From Phoronis australis (taxonomy: Eukaryota; Animalia; Phoronida), in contig NMRA01000221.1 in NCBI GenBank assembly GCA_002633005.1, forward strand, positions 530,680 through 594,679: DNA of 64,000 bases, in the 5' to 3' direction. The translations under genes and the position numbers were made by a program. The notes below the pieces were generated by a model. That model had not been told where the DNA came from. It searched no databases and worked only from the letters and a program-made list of their open reading frames with translations. This document shows positions 25,886 through 38,684 of the stretch, piece by piece. Position 1 is the first letter of the stretch; each line of letters begins with the position of its first letter.

Positions 25886-27190
25886 CTCTATTTTGGCCAT
25901 TATGCACATTTTGGCCTAATTTGCCTGTTTATACGCCATCTTGAAAATGCACAAGATACATACCCTTACTTCAATACACTAGAACCTCATGGATTGAACA
26001 TAAAAACTTCTTAAATTATACCTGTCCATTGAATTTTTTAAACAAAAATGTATCAACCACATCTTAAATGTCAATTGTCATATAGTGTTTGATTTAACTT
26101 TCTGTTTCTGTTGACAAAGGACATTATTACATCCGAAAATTTCAGTTGATCCATTCTTGTTGTTTTGAATACCTATTTATATCTTACTTTAAAGAAATAG
26201 CTCCACATAGTTACTAATTTCTGGTTATTTTTCCTATTTTCCCACAGGTGGCAGTTTCTTCACTATTATTTTAAGAGCAAAATATCTGAATAACCTTGTG
26301 ACTGTAAAAGCGTTATAATCGTTATTTGCATTTTAAAAAAACTGCCCCTCTCATGTTGTCCATTGAAGTTGATCATTGGAGACCGGACTGCGCCCGGGGC
26401 ACCAGCTGGTCGTTATGCGCCCTTCGAGCCGCTACTGACTTTTTCTGATGGATTGTTGTAGGTGATTTTTTTGTCCACGTAATAAAGAGTTTTCTCTAAG
26501 GAACAATTTGTCGGTTAATTCAACTAATAAGGGAAGCTTCTTGGCATTGAATCATTGAAGCGTTGCTAAGAGCAACAGTTAGTGATACCGAATGTGATAA
26601 ACGACGATCATGATAACGCGCAATGTCCAGTGGCGAAGGTAGAATTAATGTCGCTGTTGGCAAATGAGAGAGTTGGTGCCCCCAATCGACGCGAATATCG
26701 AGTACTTGAGACCACCGCCACCCCCTGTGCGGTATGACGCCTGTCGTTCAGTTTTGTCGCCAGTTTTGCGCCACCTCTCTCAGGGATGAGAGCTACAATG
26801 AAAATGAGACAATCAAGGTCGTTAACGATGATGACACAAATGACGTCACAAGACAATAACGGCAAAGAAAGCGATGTATTCCAACGACGACAATACGTTG
26901 GCGACGATGGGGACGATGCTTTGCTTCCGGTTGCCCATATGAAACCGGTGCAGTCATGGGAAAGAGAGAATCAGTGGTGAAGTCGTTGAAAATTCTTCAT
27001 CACGTGGAGAACCGAACTTTGAAAAACGGCTCTCAGGGTCTTTTTGTCGTTTTGCGTGACTCCCGATTCAAGTTTTGATTTAATAACATGATTTACTGGT
27101 GAAAAGAATTAAAATTGAAGTTTACTTGTACGCTGTAAAGGGAAAACTACCGTCATTAGTGTGTATAATTTTAGCGTCGGTACAGATGTT

Positions 27191-27385
27191 AATACACCTT
27201 CTTCACGCAGTCGCCATGTTACAAAGCGTCTCCTTTTAGGTTAAAAAACAATGCAATCTGCGCTTAATCATAGCGCAAAACGTGATTTTTTCGCGTGCCT
27301 CGTTATATTTATGTCCCAATATTGTATTGTCTTTTAAACTGAAAAGAGACTCTTCTAAAATGATGACTGCGTGAATAAGGTCTGT
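27191..27385. mobile_element. Palindromic MITE (~200 bp), copy 2
   Basis: atacaccttcttcacgcagtcgccat...gactgcgtgaataaggtct; interior is the reverse complement of 9619-9817. Confidence 0.8.
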
Positions 27386-30300
27386 GTTCACCAACCTTTG
27401 GGAATCATTAAAAATTGTAATCCAACTACTTTTTCGTCAAAGGAATGTGACGAAAAGCAAAAACTTGTCATCTTTGTGCACCAGAATTGAAAGTAGGGAT
27501 CCAACCTGCGAGTACGACAAAGCAACCCTCATAGAAACGCATTTTTCATCCCTAAGTGAAAGTTACGTAATCAGCAAGGAGGTGAACAAGGGTGTGATAA
27601 GTTTTAAACCGAACAATGAATTTTATGGTTTAAGCAGGCTTGACACGATTTTACGCCAAGTCAGGGGACGATAAGAACAGGTTAACATAATAGTGACTAG
27701 TTGCGTAAGCCTTGGGGACAGTGCCTCGGAATAGTTGATCTTGATGCTCTCCGTTAATTTCTCAGTTCTCTGTTAAATTCACTGCGCGTGAAGACAATTA
27801 GCGCAGCCGCTCTTACACTCTGGACCATTCACTGCGGCACGTGTACTTATAGAGCAGACACGGTATGAAACCCCACGTTGTTCAGTGTTGTATTTCAAGG
27901 ATGCGTGTCAAAATGCGTTGCCAACATAACACTGATGGGTAGCGTCTGCGCGGCGTCTATTTTGGTTTGTAGTGTTTTTTCCGCTGTTCATTAGTAGCTC
28001 AGAAACAAATTAAGCGCTCAATTTCATTTTGCGTGCGATCTCAACGCGAATAATTGGATTCAGATTATTTATAACTCAGCGAGAACAAAACACACATGCT
28101 TCCCTAAAGGCATCTTCAGCGTGTCTTCAAATAGCTACATTAAAAGATTGCTAAATCACGTTTTGGCCTACTAACAGGTACTAACTTGCTAATTTTAATC
28201 TTTAAAATCAAACCAGGCTTTTCCACTGTTGTCAATCATGAGAAACTTAGAGCAAGTTTAGACATTCCGCGCAATACCTGTTAAAGTAACAAGTGTAAGT
28301 AACGCTTTAAAGATGTATTTGCATGCTTCTAACTATACTAATGTACAGCAGGAACTAAACAAAAATGCTATTTGAACACCATCTACGCTAAACAACACGC
28401 AGTTGTATTCATTGGCAAGTTGTAGATGTGAAAACAAAAAATTCTGCAAATAGGTGGCGTTTGCACTAATGACGTACCATGGGGGCTCACATAACCCGCA
28501 CCATGCAGTGTTTTTCCCCAGCACCACGCCACGATACTTATTGGAGACGGTTGAGTGATTTGCGATAGATCATTTTCGACACAAAACATTTGACAATTTT
28601 CAACCTACTTCATATTCACATCATCGCAGACATAAGGAGTTAGGTCTGTTACAAGACGGCTGTGGGGAAAGACTTTCATGCTGAAAACAGACACTTTATC
28701 ATCATGTCTAAAATCTATTGATCTAATTGTACCGGCACCAACTTCTACCCTATTTACGGGTTGGTGTAAGTAGACCAATAGGTTTTTAAAATTATGTTAC
28801 GTAACCACATCACCACCTCAACGCATTTATGCATGCAAACGACTAGTCATTTGGATGACTGCCATTTCACGCCAGACGACATTAAAACCTCGTGCTCTTA
28901 AGTTGTCTGTCACCCCCAACACATACCTTCTCATGGCACGGATCGTCTGAGTGATGATCATTTGCAGTGTCCAAGCGTTTCCAAATCACTGCATATAGAC
29001 TCTCCATGCCCGACTGCCATGTGGAGACGTGTGCTTCGTCGTTAAAAGCATCGTCATATCCTAGTCAAGATCATCATCAATCTTGTTATCGAGACACGAG
29101 TACATCATAGCATATTTTTCGATATCAGTCTGATTTCGCGTTTGATCTGGGTTCTGTAAAGGAGAGCTTTTAAAAATGTTTAATAATTAGTTGTGTTGCT
29201 ATGATAGACTTCCTGGTTTTTGTATACACTGTTTTTCACTTCTTGTCAAGGCTGATCACTGTCTTGGTTTGAACGTTTCTTCTTCCCAAATGTGACCCTG
29301 AACTTAAGTCAGAAATTGGACCTTACGCTCCAGCGTCACAGTTACGATTTAGTCACGTGATTATTAGAACACCATATCCTAATAGTAATGTATACAATGC
29401 ATTTCAGTGACTAGCAGTGACTTTGTATTTTTGCTAAAGTGAGATTTAATAATTTTCTCTGAAATGGTTGTATGGAGCATAAGACCAAATTTCTGTCTTA
29501 CGTCACGTTTCATGAAACAGGACCCGGATATTCAGATTGTTTTGTATAATAAGCAATAACAAAATAGCACGAACTTGGTTGCATCTCCAAATTTACATTG
29601 CGTGCGATAGTGGAAGAAGAAGGGCAGAGACTATCCCGGTGGCTACCCTCTGACGACACCACAGAAACAGAAACAGAAATAACAAAATAATGTTTCTTAC
29701 GTCGTTCAAGACTCTCAGGTCGATGATCACTGCCATGGTGTTATGGTTTCCTCTCTCAAAATAAAAAATAAAGCAAAAGCATCAATATTGAGGAATTATT
29801 GACATTGATATAGCCAGAGAACATGTATTTTGAGGTACTCTGTACATTTGAAGCTAATTTGTATCATAAAACAGTTCCACGGGAAGCCTCAATGTCACTA
29901 TATTGGCAATAGTCACTCGGCCACATTAACACTACTAGGAGTAAGGTTTCGCGATGCTCCAAGCTGCAAGAAGTTTGGGAACAACTAATTTGATGTGACA
30001 ATTTTCCTTAACACTGTATGTCAGGTATTACCATTTTTCACCTTTAAATATCCTTAGCAAAAGTCACACAACAGGAACATTGAAATTAACACAAACCGAC
30101 ACAGAACTCCACCCAGACATCTAGTATATTCGTAATCTACGCATACTGGCGTAGACGAGGGAGGCATAGATGTGTCACAGCAGAACTCTAACCGTGACAG
30201 TTGGTGAACTTTTTCGATCCACCCCACTTGCCATGTTCCTCTTCTGCGCACATGTACTTCGATCTGGCTACCTCACAGGATGCGCATAAAATTTAACGTT

Positions 30301-30687
30301 TGTTTAATTGCTTGCTTAGGTAACGCCACAATTTATAAGCGTTCCACCTGGCAGCTAGGTCTGCGTTATATGCTTCGCCTCGAAACAATCCTCATGTTTT
30401 GCACTTCGGAAGTTATCCTTTTCCTTGCACACTGGGCTCAGATAGTGCGCTCAGCTTTCTTCAGACACTGGCACGTTTGGTTAAACATTATTAATTTTAT
30501 TCTGGAGCAACTCTTTCTCACCAGAATAAAAACATTTGCAACTAGAAACGATAACTTAGGTCACACCAAACCAACGATTAGTTTCCAGGACGTGGTTGCG
30601 TAGAAGTTATACGCTGGTTAGCAAGAATGGTGGTGTTGCGTGATCACGTATCGCGCTGACACTGCATAGTCCAAATTTGCACTCAGT

Positions 30688-30955
30688 GATCCCTAGATTC
30701 GAGCCATAAACTCCAATAAAAATTCTGAATTTCGAGTGAAAACTCAAGATTTCCAACTCAGATTCGAGCTCATAGATTTAATGCTGGGGTCATTAGGTGC
30801 AACACGTGATTACAAAATCACATTTTGCACTGGACAGCCTCATAATAGCCTCAAACACAGAATGATGGACACTTATCTTAAGGTCACATCAAAGCACAAA
30901 GGTTAATGTTAAAATAATTCACAGTTCAATTTTGAGTAATAGATCCCGGAGCCTG
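30688..30955 (+). repeat. Interspersed repeat (~270 bp), copy 2
   Basis: Aligns by eye to the reverse complement of 17530-17800. Confidence 0.75.
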
Positions 30956-31519
30956 ATGTGTAAGCATGCGCATGTAAAATTTCAATTCACCGATGACTTA
31001 ACAGCGAACCTGTAGGTCAATATTTCAGCATTTCAAATTCACCAATGGTACTTTCAAATATTGAAAGTAAGGAATGTAGAAGACCCATGAGAGTAAAAAG
31101 CCTAATTCTATTTTGGCTTTTTATCCCAGTGCAGCTTTAAGCACAGACCTCACATGGTCGAAAAATCGGTTTAAGATTGTAATTCAGATCTGAGCATCTT
31201 GAACTCTGTTGACATGAAAACCTGCTTGGAGATCAAGTTTGATATTTAAGTTAAACCAGGTTTTACTAGAACATCGTACCAATGGTTAAACAACTTTTCT
31301 GAAATACAATTTTTCTTTAAACCTAGACTATTGGATCGAGACGGACACAATGGGTCGAAATGGTCATGATAGGTCGAAATGGACATATTGTGTCAAAATG
31401 AACACCGTTTGTTTGGATCCCTGTGTCCATTTCAGTATGATGGAACAAAATGAAATACATCATTGTTATACATGTAGGTCATCTTTGCGAAACTGAAATC
31501 TAGCTCGTAATGGACTTAA

Positions 31520-32879
31520 GGTTATCTCCAACCTTATTTAGTGGCCTCCATTCTGACTCGTATATAAAAATAAGCTTTGTCATCTAGTAAAAGTATATAT
31601 TTTCTGAAAGAACAAAAACCATACTTTTTGTATTTATTATTTTTACGTAAAAACCTTTTTTAATTCAAAATTTCATTTTTAATAAAGGTACATTCATAGT
31701 AAAATAACCCCTCAGTCGATTTCAATGAAACCTTTTTTAAATGAAAACTTCACCAGTTACCTCAAAAACGCTGTTGGGACTTTTCGATGAGTCTGTTTGT
31801 TTGGTTTCTATGACAAATCAACTCGCAAAACGTAAGGTATTTTTGTAAAAAAAATGAAGTCGTATTCGTATTTGTCACATTACGCAAAAACTAGGTCTTT
31901 ATATCAAAAATTCTAAAAGTTTTTCTGAGATTGATGACTAAATACTTAGTCTGAAAAGTTTCAGCGAAATCCATGAAGCCATTTTCAAAACTAATGTTCC
32001 TAAGTTCAAATAAAGTCGATTTGCCGAAGCCGAGAAAAAGCCGATTAAACTGGGAGGCGTGAAAATCTCAAAGTCTCCGGTTAATTATTCGGTGAAAACT
32101 TGTTTTCGGTACACATAACCTATACAATCCTTAACTATTTTAGCTATTTCAACGTTCACTCACAATGTCAACTGATTTCGCAGGGCGTAACTAACTTAAT
32201 TATCATTAAAAGCTCATATAGACGTATTGTTCCCAGCTAACTTTTACTTTTGTTTACGCCCTGCTTTCTAAGTAGGTCACAGTTCAGAGCCTGTACACGT
32301 CACGTGCTGGGAGACTGGTACGAAACCATGTAAGACATGGATTACAAAAATCGAATTGGTAGTTTAAAGTATGTCGTTAACATAAGATCGAAACATCGAA
32401 ATGTGAGTATTTATCTCTTTTCACAACTTTCTGTGTTCATGACCACAGAGGGCTGAGGCGACTCGTAGCATTCGTTTTCAACGCCAACGGTCGTATGCAT
32501 GTAGACGCACAACTCCCTTAGGATCAAAACTGTCGTCATTTAACGTGGCACCATTCTATCATAAGTTCACCTCGTTGGCTCAAAGTTATGGCGACTTTGT
32601 GAATGAAAGGACTGAGGGTATACGAAGGCGGAAGCTGTTCTGTACCTGGCGGGAGATTCGATTTAATTGAAAGACCTTTAACCTTTGACCTTGGATAAGA
32701 AGTAAACAAATATCCACGCGGTTGTGCAGTTCAAGGTGGTTCTGCTAAATCATTTCTTTCTCACTACGCGGTATATATTTTGTATTTAAAGATCTCCGAG
32801 AATGAAGGTAAGGTATTTTGCTAGGCATAAGCGAAATATTGTAAAAATGGCCAATTTTTTAATAAGGTTGGAGATAGCC
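31520..32879. mobile_element. 1.36-kb TTAA-flanked non-autonomous DNA transposon (Kolobok-like)
   Basis: TTAA|GGTTATCTCCAACCTTATT at the left and AATAAGGTTGGAGATAGCC|TTAA at the right (19-bp TIR, 1 mismatch); GG...CC termini with TTAA TSD; no transposase ORF. Confidence 0.85.
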
Positions 32880-33537
32880 TTAAGTGGTGAAATGGACTCA
32901 ATGGATGAAAATGGACACCCTTAGTCCAAATTGACATAATGGATCCCAAGATTCGTGTTATTAAGACCAGTAAATTGTACTCCAGGCGTGTTCTTCTGAC
33001 TGTGACTCGTACGTATATTTCGCTCAACCCAGTACGTTTTTGGTCACTGCCGAATGCATTAGGTTTGTAGCTCGTATTTCTTCCTCAGGTTTTGTTATAT
33101 GCATCCTTTTTTAAAACGTCTGGAAACTGAGAACTTATTTTTGATCTTCTGCGGCTTTTTTCAATCCGTTCTTTTCCGTTGCTAATTAATTCTCCTAGTT
33201 CTACCTTGAGCACTGTTACCTTGATTGACCTTTCACTTGCTAGCACTTCAAACTACCAATGTACTTTTTGCAGTACTACACGTAACTTAAAATCGATAAC
33301 TTTGAAAACAGATTAATTAGCCGAACAGTACAGATATGATAAAATGTCAATAGCAATTTATCTGCAACTGAAACATTGTGTTTTACGTTAGTCTTTTTGT
33401 TTCAGAGTATGCATGTAACAGTCTAACGAATGCCATTTGTACTCGCGTATTGACTATACAGGTGTATGGTCAGAGTAATAAATTGCATGAGGCCAAAGCC
33501 GATGACCCATCAAACACCTGAGGTGTAACCCAGCGTC

Positions 33538-33723
33538 ATGATCATCATCGTCGTAGTCTTCGTCCTCATCATCATCATCATCATCATCATCACCAGCCTC
33601 ATCACCACCGTCAGTACTGTCGTCACCACCGTCATCAGTATCATCATCGTCATCCTTATTTGTGTCATCATATTTCTGCGACAATCAGTTGTGACTATAA
33701 TAACAGCAATGATAATAATAATG

Positions 33724-33797
<74 letters not shown>
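33538..33797. repeat. Compound microsatellite: degenerate (ATC)n then pure (AAT)n
   Basis: atcatcatc tracts 33538-33655 and an aataataat run ~33711-33797; produce the poly-D/I/N/M ORFs. Confidence 0.95.
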
Positions 33798-33799
<2 letters not shown>

Positions 33800-33822
33800 T
33801 AGTTATAATATCAATAAAAGTA

Positions 33823-34066
33823 CATGCTGGCACCCAGCCTAAAAATGGAAGACTCGAATTTTTGAAAATGTTACTAAGATTCGCGAGTTACGTTCAGAGT
33901 TATGAATTGTGTTTTCGCCGAATTTGGTAGTTCCTGCCTTTTTAGGGGACTTTTGTCTCGTTTTCTACTACTTGCAGAGCTTTTGTTTTCCCCGAGGCGG
34001 AGCTTTTTGCCCACTTCGTCAAATGGGGGGAGCTCATTCGAGCCCCGTCATCCCCCTGGGTGCGTG
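33823..34066. mobile_element. Short non-autonomous element (GCACCCAGCCTAAAAATGG family)
   Basis: The same 5' end recurs at ~43874 and ~46960 (gcacccagcctaaaa..gg..gaattttt, ttactaagattc.cg.gttacgttcagag.tatgaattgtg). Confidence 0.7.
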
Positions 34067-35089
34067 AAAGCCGTAACAGTAACAATAATAGTAGCATATG
34101 TAGTAATATTCATAATAAGAATTCCAATTTTAATGATAGAGATCATGATAATGATAATAATGATAATGATATTAATAATGACAATAAGGATAATGATAAT
34201 AGTAATACGGTATTAAAATAATAATAATATCAGTAACACTTAAAGTAAAAGTACCATTAACAGTAACAGTCATGACAAAAATGACAATCATAAATGATAA
34301 CGAAAACAATTGTAAACAAACAGTGGGAGAAATCGCCCATAGAAACGTGTTGGAAATCGAAAATGCCTCTAAAAATTTCTGTGCATTTACAAATATTTAA
34401 AAATCATGTAATGACGTTACGTTGAGCGTCCACGTCAACTAGTGTCACCAACTGCAAAATAGTCATTTTCTCATTAACAGCGTTTAAGCCTACACGTATT
34501 GCTGAAGACGGATCATTTCTTAAATATATGCATGTGCCTAAATACGGACTGGTACGATACTAAAACTACTTTGTAAGCATGCTAATTGTCACTGGCGCTC
34601 TATTTTTGCAGATTATATGAAGTGACGCAGCACGGTGCTGTATTACGCAAGAACCCTATACGTTAGTGATAAGGAGAGATCTGAAAACCGAGAGGTACAA
34701 AGGTATTTCTAGTGACAGCAGAAATTGTTGGAGTTGGGAGCAGAATTAGAACAAAATCTCTGACTTCTTGTGTTGGAAAATAACAAGCATATCGTGGCCT
34801 TACTAAAGCATCTCTGTACTTGACGTTTGTTGTTCGAAAAGACTTCCTGTTTTGTGACGAGAAAGCGTTTCGTTGTACACTGTGATTCAGCGATTTTTAT
34901 GAACAACCGCGTAGTGATATATTATCAACATGGAGCTGAAATGAGTATCATATTTCGAAGGACTACTGTAGGTGAGGGGGAAATGTGTGCTGGCACAAAA
35001 CACGCGAAGCAAGTGGTTTAACACAAATTGTGTTAGCGACAGAATTACGGCGCTAAGTGTGATATCCGCTCGAACACGTCATTGTCGTT

Positions 35090-36169
35090 ATGGAAAATAC
35101 GACAAAGTCACAAAATTTAAGTGTGATGAGTGCATGGCCGCCATATATAAGTGAGATGCTTAAAACATACATACCGATTGTTTTTTGTTTGGCCGTTGTA
35201 TTGAATTTCTTAGCAACCGTCACGTTTCTCAGCAAAACCTGCGCAAAGCAATCTTGTTCGCACTACCTGGCGGCGGCGTCAATTGCCGATGTTTGCCGCG
35301 CTATTTTGAACACCGTGGCTTGGTTGACGTATATGAAAATCTTAATCATTATTAACCATACCGGACTTTGTCAAGCGTACCAGTACAGCTCAAAGCTTGC
35401 AGACACTCTCTGTCCATGGTTCATGCTGGGTGCTTGCCTGGACTGTTACGTGTGTGTCTCAAAGCGCTTTAGCTGCTCTTGGATAACCACACCTTTTGGC
35501 GCCAAAACCATTATCACTGCATTGTGGGTAATTGGTGTTGTCCTCAATACCTTTCACAGTGTTGTTTATGTGACAAGAAATTCCACGTTGTGTAAACTTG
35601 ATGACACAGTGGTAACGAATGATTTTTACAGATACTTTTACAAGTGGTTCAATATATTATATTCACGTGTACTCGCCGCTGTAATTACCACTGTGCTCGC
35701 ATTTTTAGTGCTACAGAACGTGACAAAGATAACCATGTGTCGCCGGAGTGGTGATGTAATTCGTGATATTTTAAGAAACGAGGCTAGTCCATCACTTCGT
35801 CGAGCTAGCAGGAAGGTGTCCTTTGAAAACCCCAGGCCAAACACGAGTCTGGTCAGAAATGTTGTATCGGCGGCCATTTTAAAAATCGTTCTCGAAACGC
35901 CGTACTACATTTGGCATGTTTTTGACGTCAATGAGCGCGAAGAACACATGTGGCTGTACTTTATTAGTGAACTGGGACTTATATCTACACCCGTTTTCTT
36001 TGCATTCATGTCCAGACAGCACCGGGAATTTTTGTTTCAATTTTGTCGTAATAGAGCATTTTCGAATGAGCCATCTGAAACGTCGCTGTGGTCAAACTCT
36101 ATAGAAGACAGAGATAACTACCAAAGAAGTGACCAAGGTCAGACTGTACTGCATTTAGATATAATCTAA
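35090..36169 (+). CDS. Intronless class A (rhodopsin-like) orphan GPCR, peptide-receptor-like, 359 aa
   Basis: Seven hydrophobic segments; N-terminal sequons (NTT, NLS); TM1 N, TM2 YLAAASIAD, Cys at top of TM3 (GLCQ), DCY at the DRY position, TM4 W, ECL2 Cys, TM6 ETPYY, TM7/helix 8 TPVFFAFMSRQHR. Confidence 0.9.
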   Translation: MENTTKSQNLSVMSAWPPYISEMLKTYIPIVFCLAVVLNFLATVTFLSKTCAKQSCSHYLAAASIADVCRAILNTVAWLTYMKILIIINHTGLCQAYQYSSKLADTLCPWFMLGACLDCYVCVSKRFSCSWITTPFGAKTIITALWVIGVVLNTFHSVVYVTRNSTLCKLDDTVVTNDFYRYFYKWFNILYSRVLAAVITTVLAFLVLQNVTKITMCRRSGDVIRDILRNEASPSLRRASRKVSFENPRPNTSLVRNVVSAAILKIVLETPYYIWHVFDVNEREEHMWLYFISELGLISTPVFFAFMSRQHREFLFQFCRNRAFSNEPSETSLWSNSIEDRDNYQRSDQGQTVLHLDII

Positions 36170-36991
36170 TAATTGAAAAATGCCATTAAAACCCGCAACC
36201 ACCAAACGGTACTCGAACAGGAATCGAAATTTAACCAATGGGGGACTCCATATTCAATAGGTGATGGTTATTCGATTATGCATAACAATACAGCCAGGGG
36301 CCCTGCGCAAGATGAGGGCCCATCTTGCCCCCACGGAAACCGGTCAGAAGTTGTGGTAGCGGGGGACAACCCTTTAAGCAACAAAAATTGCAGTCTAGGG
36401 CTTCGCACAAAAAAGTGTAGCAACAGGCATCAGCATGCACTTGCGAAGAAAATCTTCACGTATGGAATGGAATCACTGAATTCATCCCCGCCATGCAACA
36501 CTCCGACCCTCGAGTCATCGAACAATACAGGATACAGTTAAGTAGCTGTCTCGCTCCGAGAAAATCCGTCTTGAAGTTTTAATTTGGTGGTGTAAACGAA
36601 TCAATTCATGTGCATTTTCCCATGTACGTGGACAGGAGCATTAGAGTCACTGGATTGTCAAAAGGTTGAGATTGTGTTATTTCCAGCATACTCAGAATAG
36701 TCATAAACTCATTGTGTCATGCCTTTATCATGTGACAATTGGTTGTATTTAGAGTATCGTTTAGGATTATAGGACCAAAAGGATGTATATATACCACACT
36801 GTTCTGTTTTTGTAAAAACTGGTAAACTCTGTTCAGAATGTTTAGGCAACGTACAGCGCATTGTCGGACGTCAAATTCAAATTGAAATAGGTTATCCGCT
36901 CAGAACCGTACATGCGCACACTTAGGCCCATGCGTCTATATATGAAGTTGTGTCTACATTCGCATATACGCTTATATGCGAACCATCTGAA

Positions 36992-38347
36992 CTAAAATCT
37001 CCTCCATGCCTCAAGTTGAACATCGCGGGAGGCGCGTTTGCCCCACGCGCTTGTGCCATCTGTTGTACATTGGTCATTCCAGAGACGGCCACGCATGCCC
37101 AAGGCAAGCTAGCTTACACATAATAATTGCAGGGAGACAAGTTAAATAAAGACTTAAAATTTCGCTCTCATGAGCATCAGTACTGTAGTTATGAGGTGGC
37201 TTTGAGACTTATTTACAGGGACCACTCCATTGTCAGAAATAGCGACACACATTCACCGCATGGTCCGTCGACATCGTCGCTTTGTGTCCTCAATGCTTTA
37301 TTGGTGAACGCGATGCCCTTCGGCTCGATCGGCAGAGTCCGAGGTGGTGTGGGCGTTAGCGAGCCCACTGAATGAAGTCTATCAAGATGATGTTGAAAAA
37401 TGAAGCTGCACAATGAATAAACAAATAGCATTCGCCTTAGATTTTTAAGACAATTTCATTTACGCGGTTTTGATACCATTCCAGCAGAACTGTGCGTCAC
37501 TGCTCGTCACAAGCACGGCTCAAACAGTGTGAATGAGAAACCTTCGGATGTATAAGTGCAATATATGTATCAAGCAACCCCGCCAACTAGTATAAAGATG
37601 AAGGTCTCAATCCGGCAACAGCGTTCAGATGAGGGCATTTCTACTAATACTAAATCGCATTTTTTCTCTCAACCGCCAACCACCGAATTCATTGTTGTCT
37701 TCTCGTAACGAAGTAGATCAGTCACGTGACTTTTGATTATTTTAGAATCCGATGATCATTCTTTAATTTAAGTGAACGATAGTTCAAATCTTATTAAACA
37801 ATGTGACCTTTGGTAACGAACATATAGGGTTACCCTAAATACTTTTCATAGATTTTAAAGTTTTCATATGTACTATTTTCATAAAAAAATCGAAAGAAGA
37901 TCGGTACGAATTCTAACTATGACTTCTCCTCGAATTTTGGTAGCTGGTAGCAACTATGAGAAAGAAATGTTTTTGTTTATTTTCACCGACTGGCTACACC
38001 CACTATTCGTGTCTAACAGGTCCTAGATTTAATTAAATGTCGATGAAACCGGCATGAGATGTAAAAGTTATTCCTCTCAACATTGCTGCCAGTACCCTGC
38101 GCAACAACAGAAGTCAGCTAGTGCGCACTAGTTCACTCACTGGCACGACTACTAGTTGCCAACAACAGTCCCTACTCTTCCGAACTAAAAGCGTCGGACT
38201 GAAGGAAAATTTATTTCTCAACCTTGTGGTCCTAACTTTTATCAAAAGGAATGAAACCAAACAAAAGCGAGAGCCATACACAAGTCCGGAAGGGATTTGA
38301 ACTGACTTCAAACATAGCGGTGTGAAGGAATCTATGCTTGATGTCAT
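36992..38347 (-). CDS. Putative small 3-exon gene (85 aa) divergent from the kelch gene
   Basis: Exons 38372-38280 (tttttag/..gt|gtatgg, ATG at 38347), 37378-37257 (catcttgatag/..g|gtgaat), 37059-36992 (caacag/..TAG) join in phases 2 and 1: MTSSIDSFTPLCLKSVQIPSGLVLHSVGSLTPTPPRTLPIEPKGIAFTNKALRTQSDDVDGPCDGTSAWGKRASRDVQLEAWRRF. The last acceptor is weak. Confidence 0.35.
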
Positions 38348-38684
38348 CCTCGACAATACCGGTTCATATTCTCTAAAAAGTCCTTCCACTTTTTTAAATT
38401 GAAACTAGCCTACGTACACTCCAGTTCTTTCAAGATTCCTTGCGTAACTTTTAGTAACGATAGCGCAGTTTACAGAAAAACAAATGAATCTAATAATGGA
38501 ATTTGATAACGATAGCGCAACTTCGTCGTAGACACGTTTCCTATTATTCACGTCACAGATAGCGATTTCAAAACTTATTACCACGAACTCTCGTCACGAT
38601 GATTTACTAAAGTCATTCAAAAGAAATTTGTATCACCGAAACTAATCAACTAATCACGAGAGTTTCACCCCAAAAGACTGGACA

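Noticed and set aside
33454-33930. Poly-Asp ORF resembling an acidic shell-matrix protein, and poly-Ile/Asn ORFs
   Set aside because: Explained by (ATC)n and (AAT)n microsatellites; no signal peptide or supporting splice structure found.
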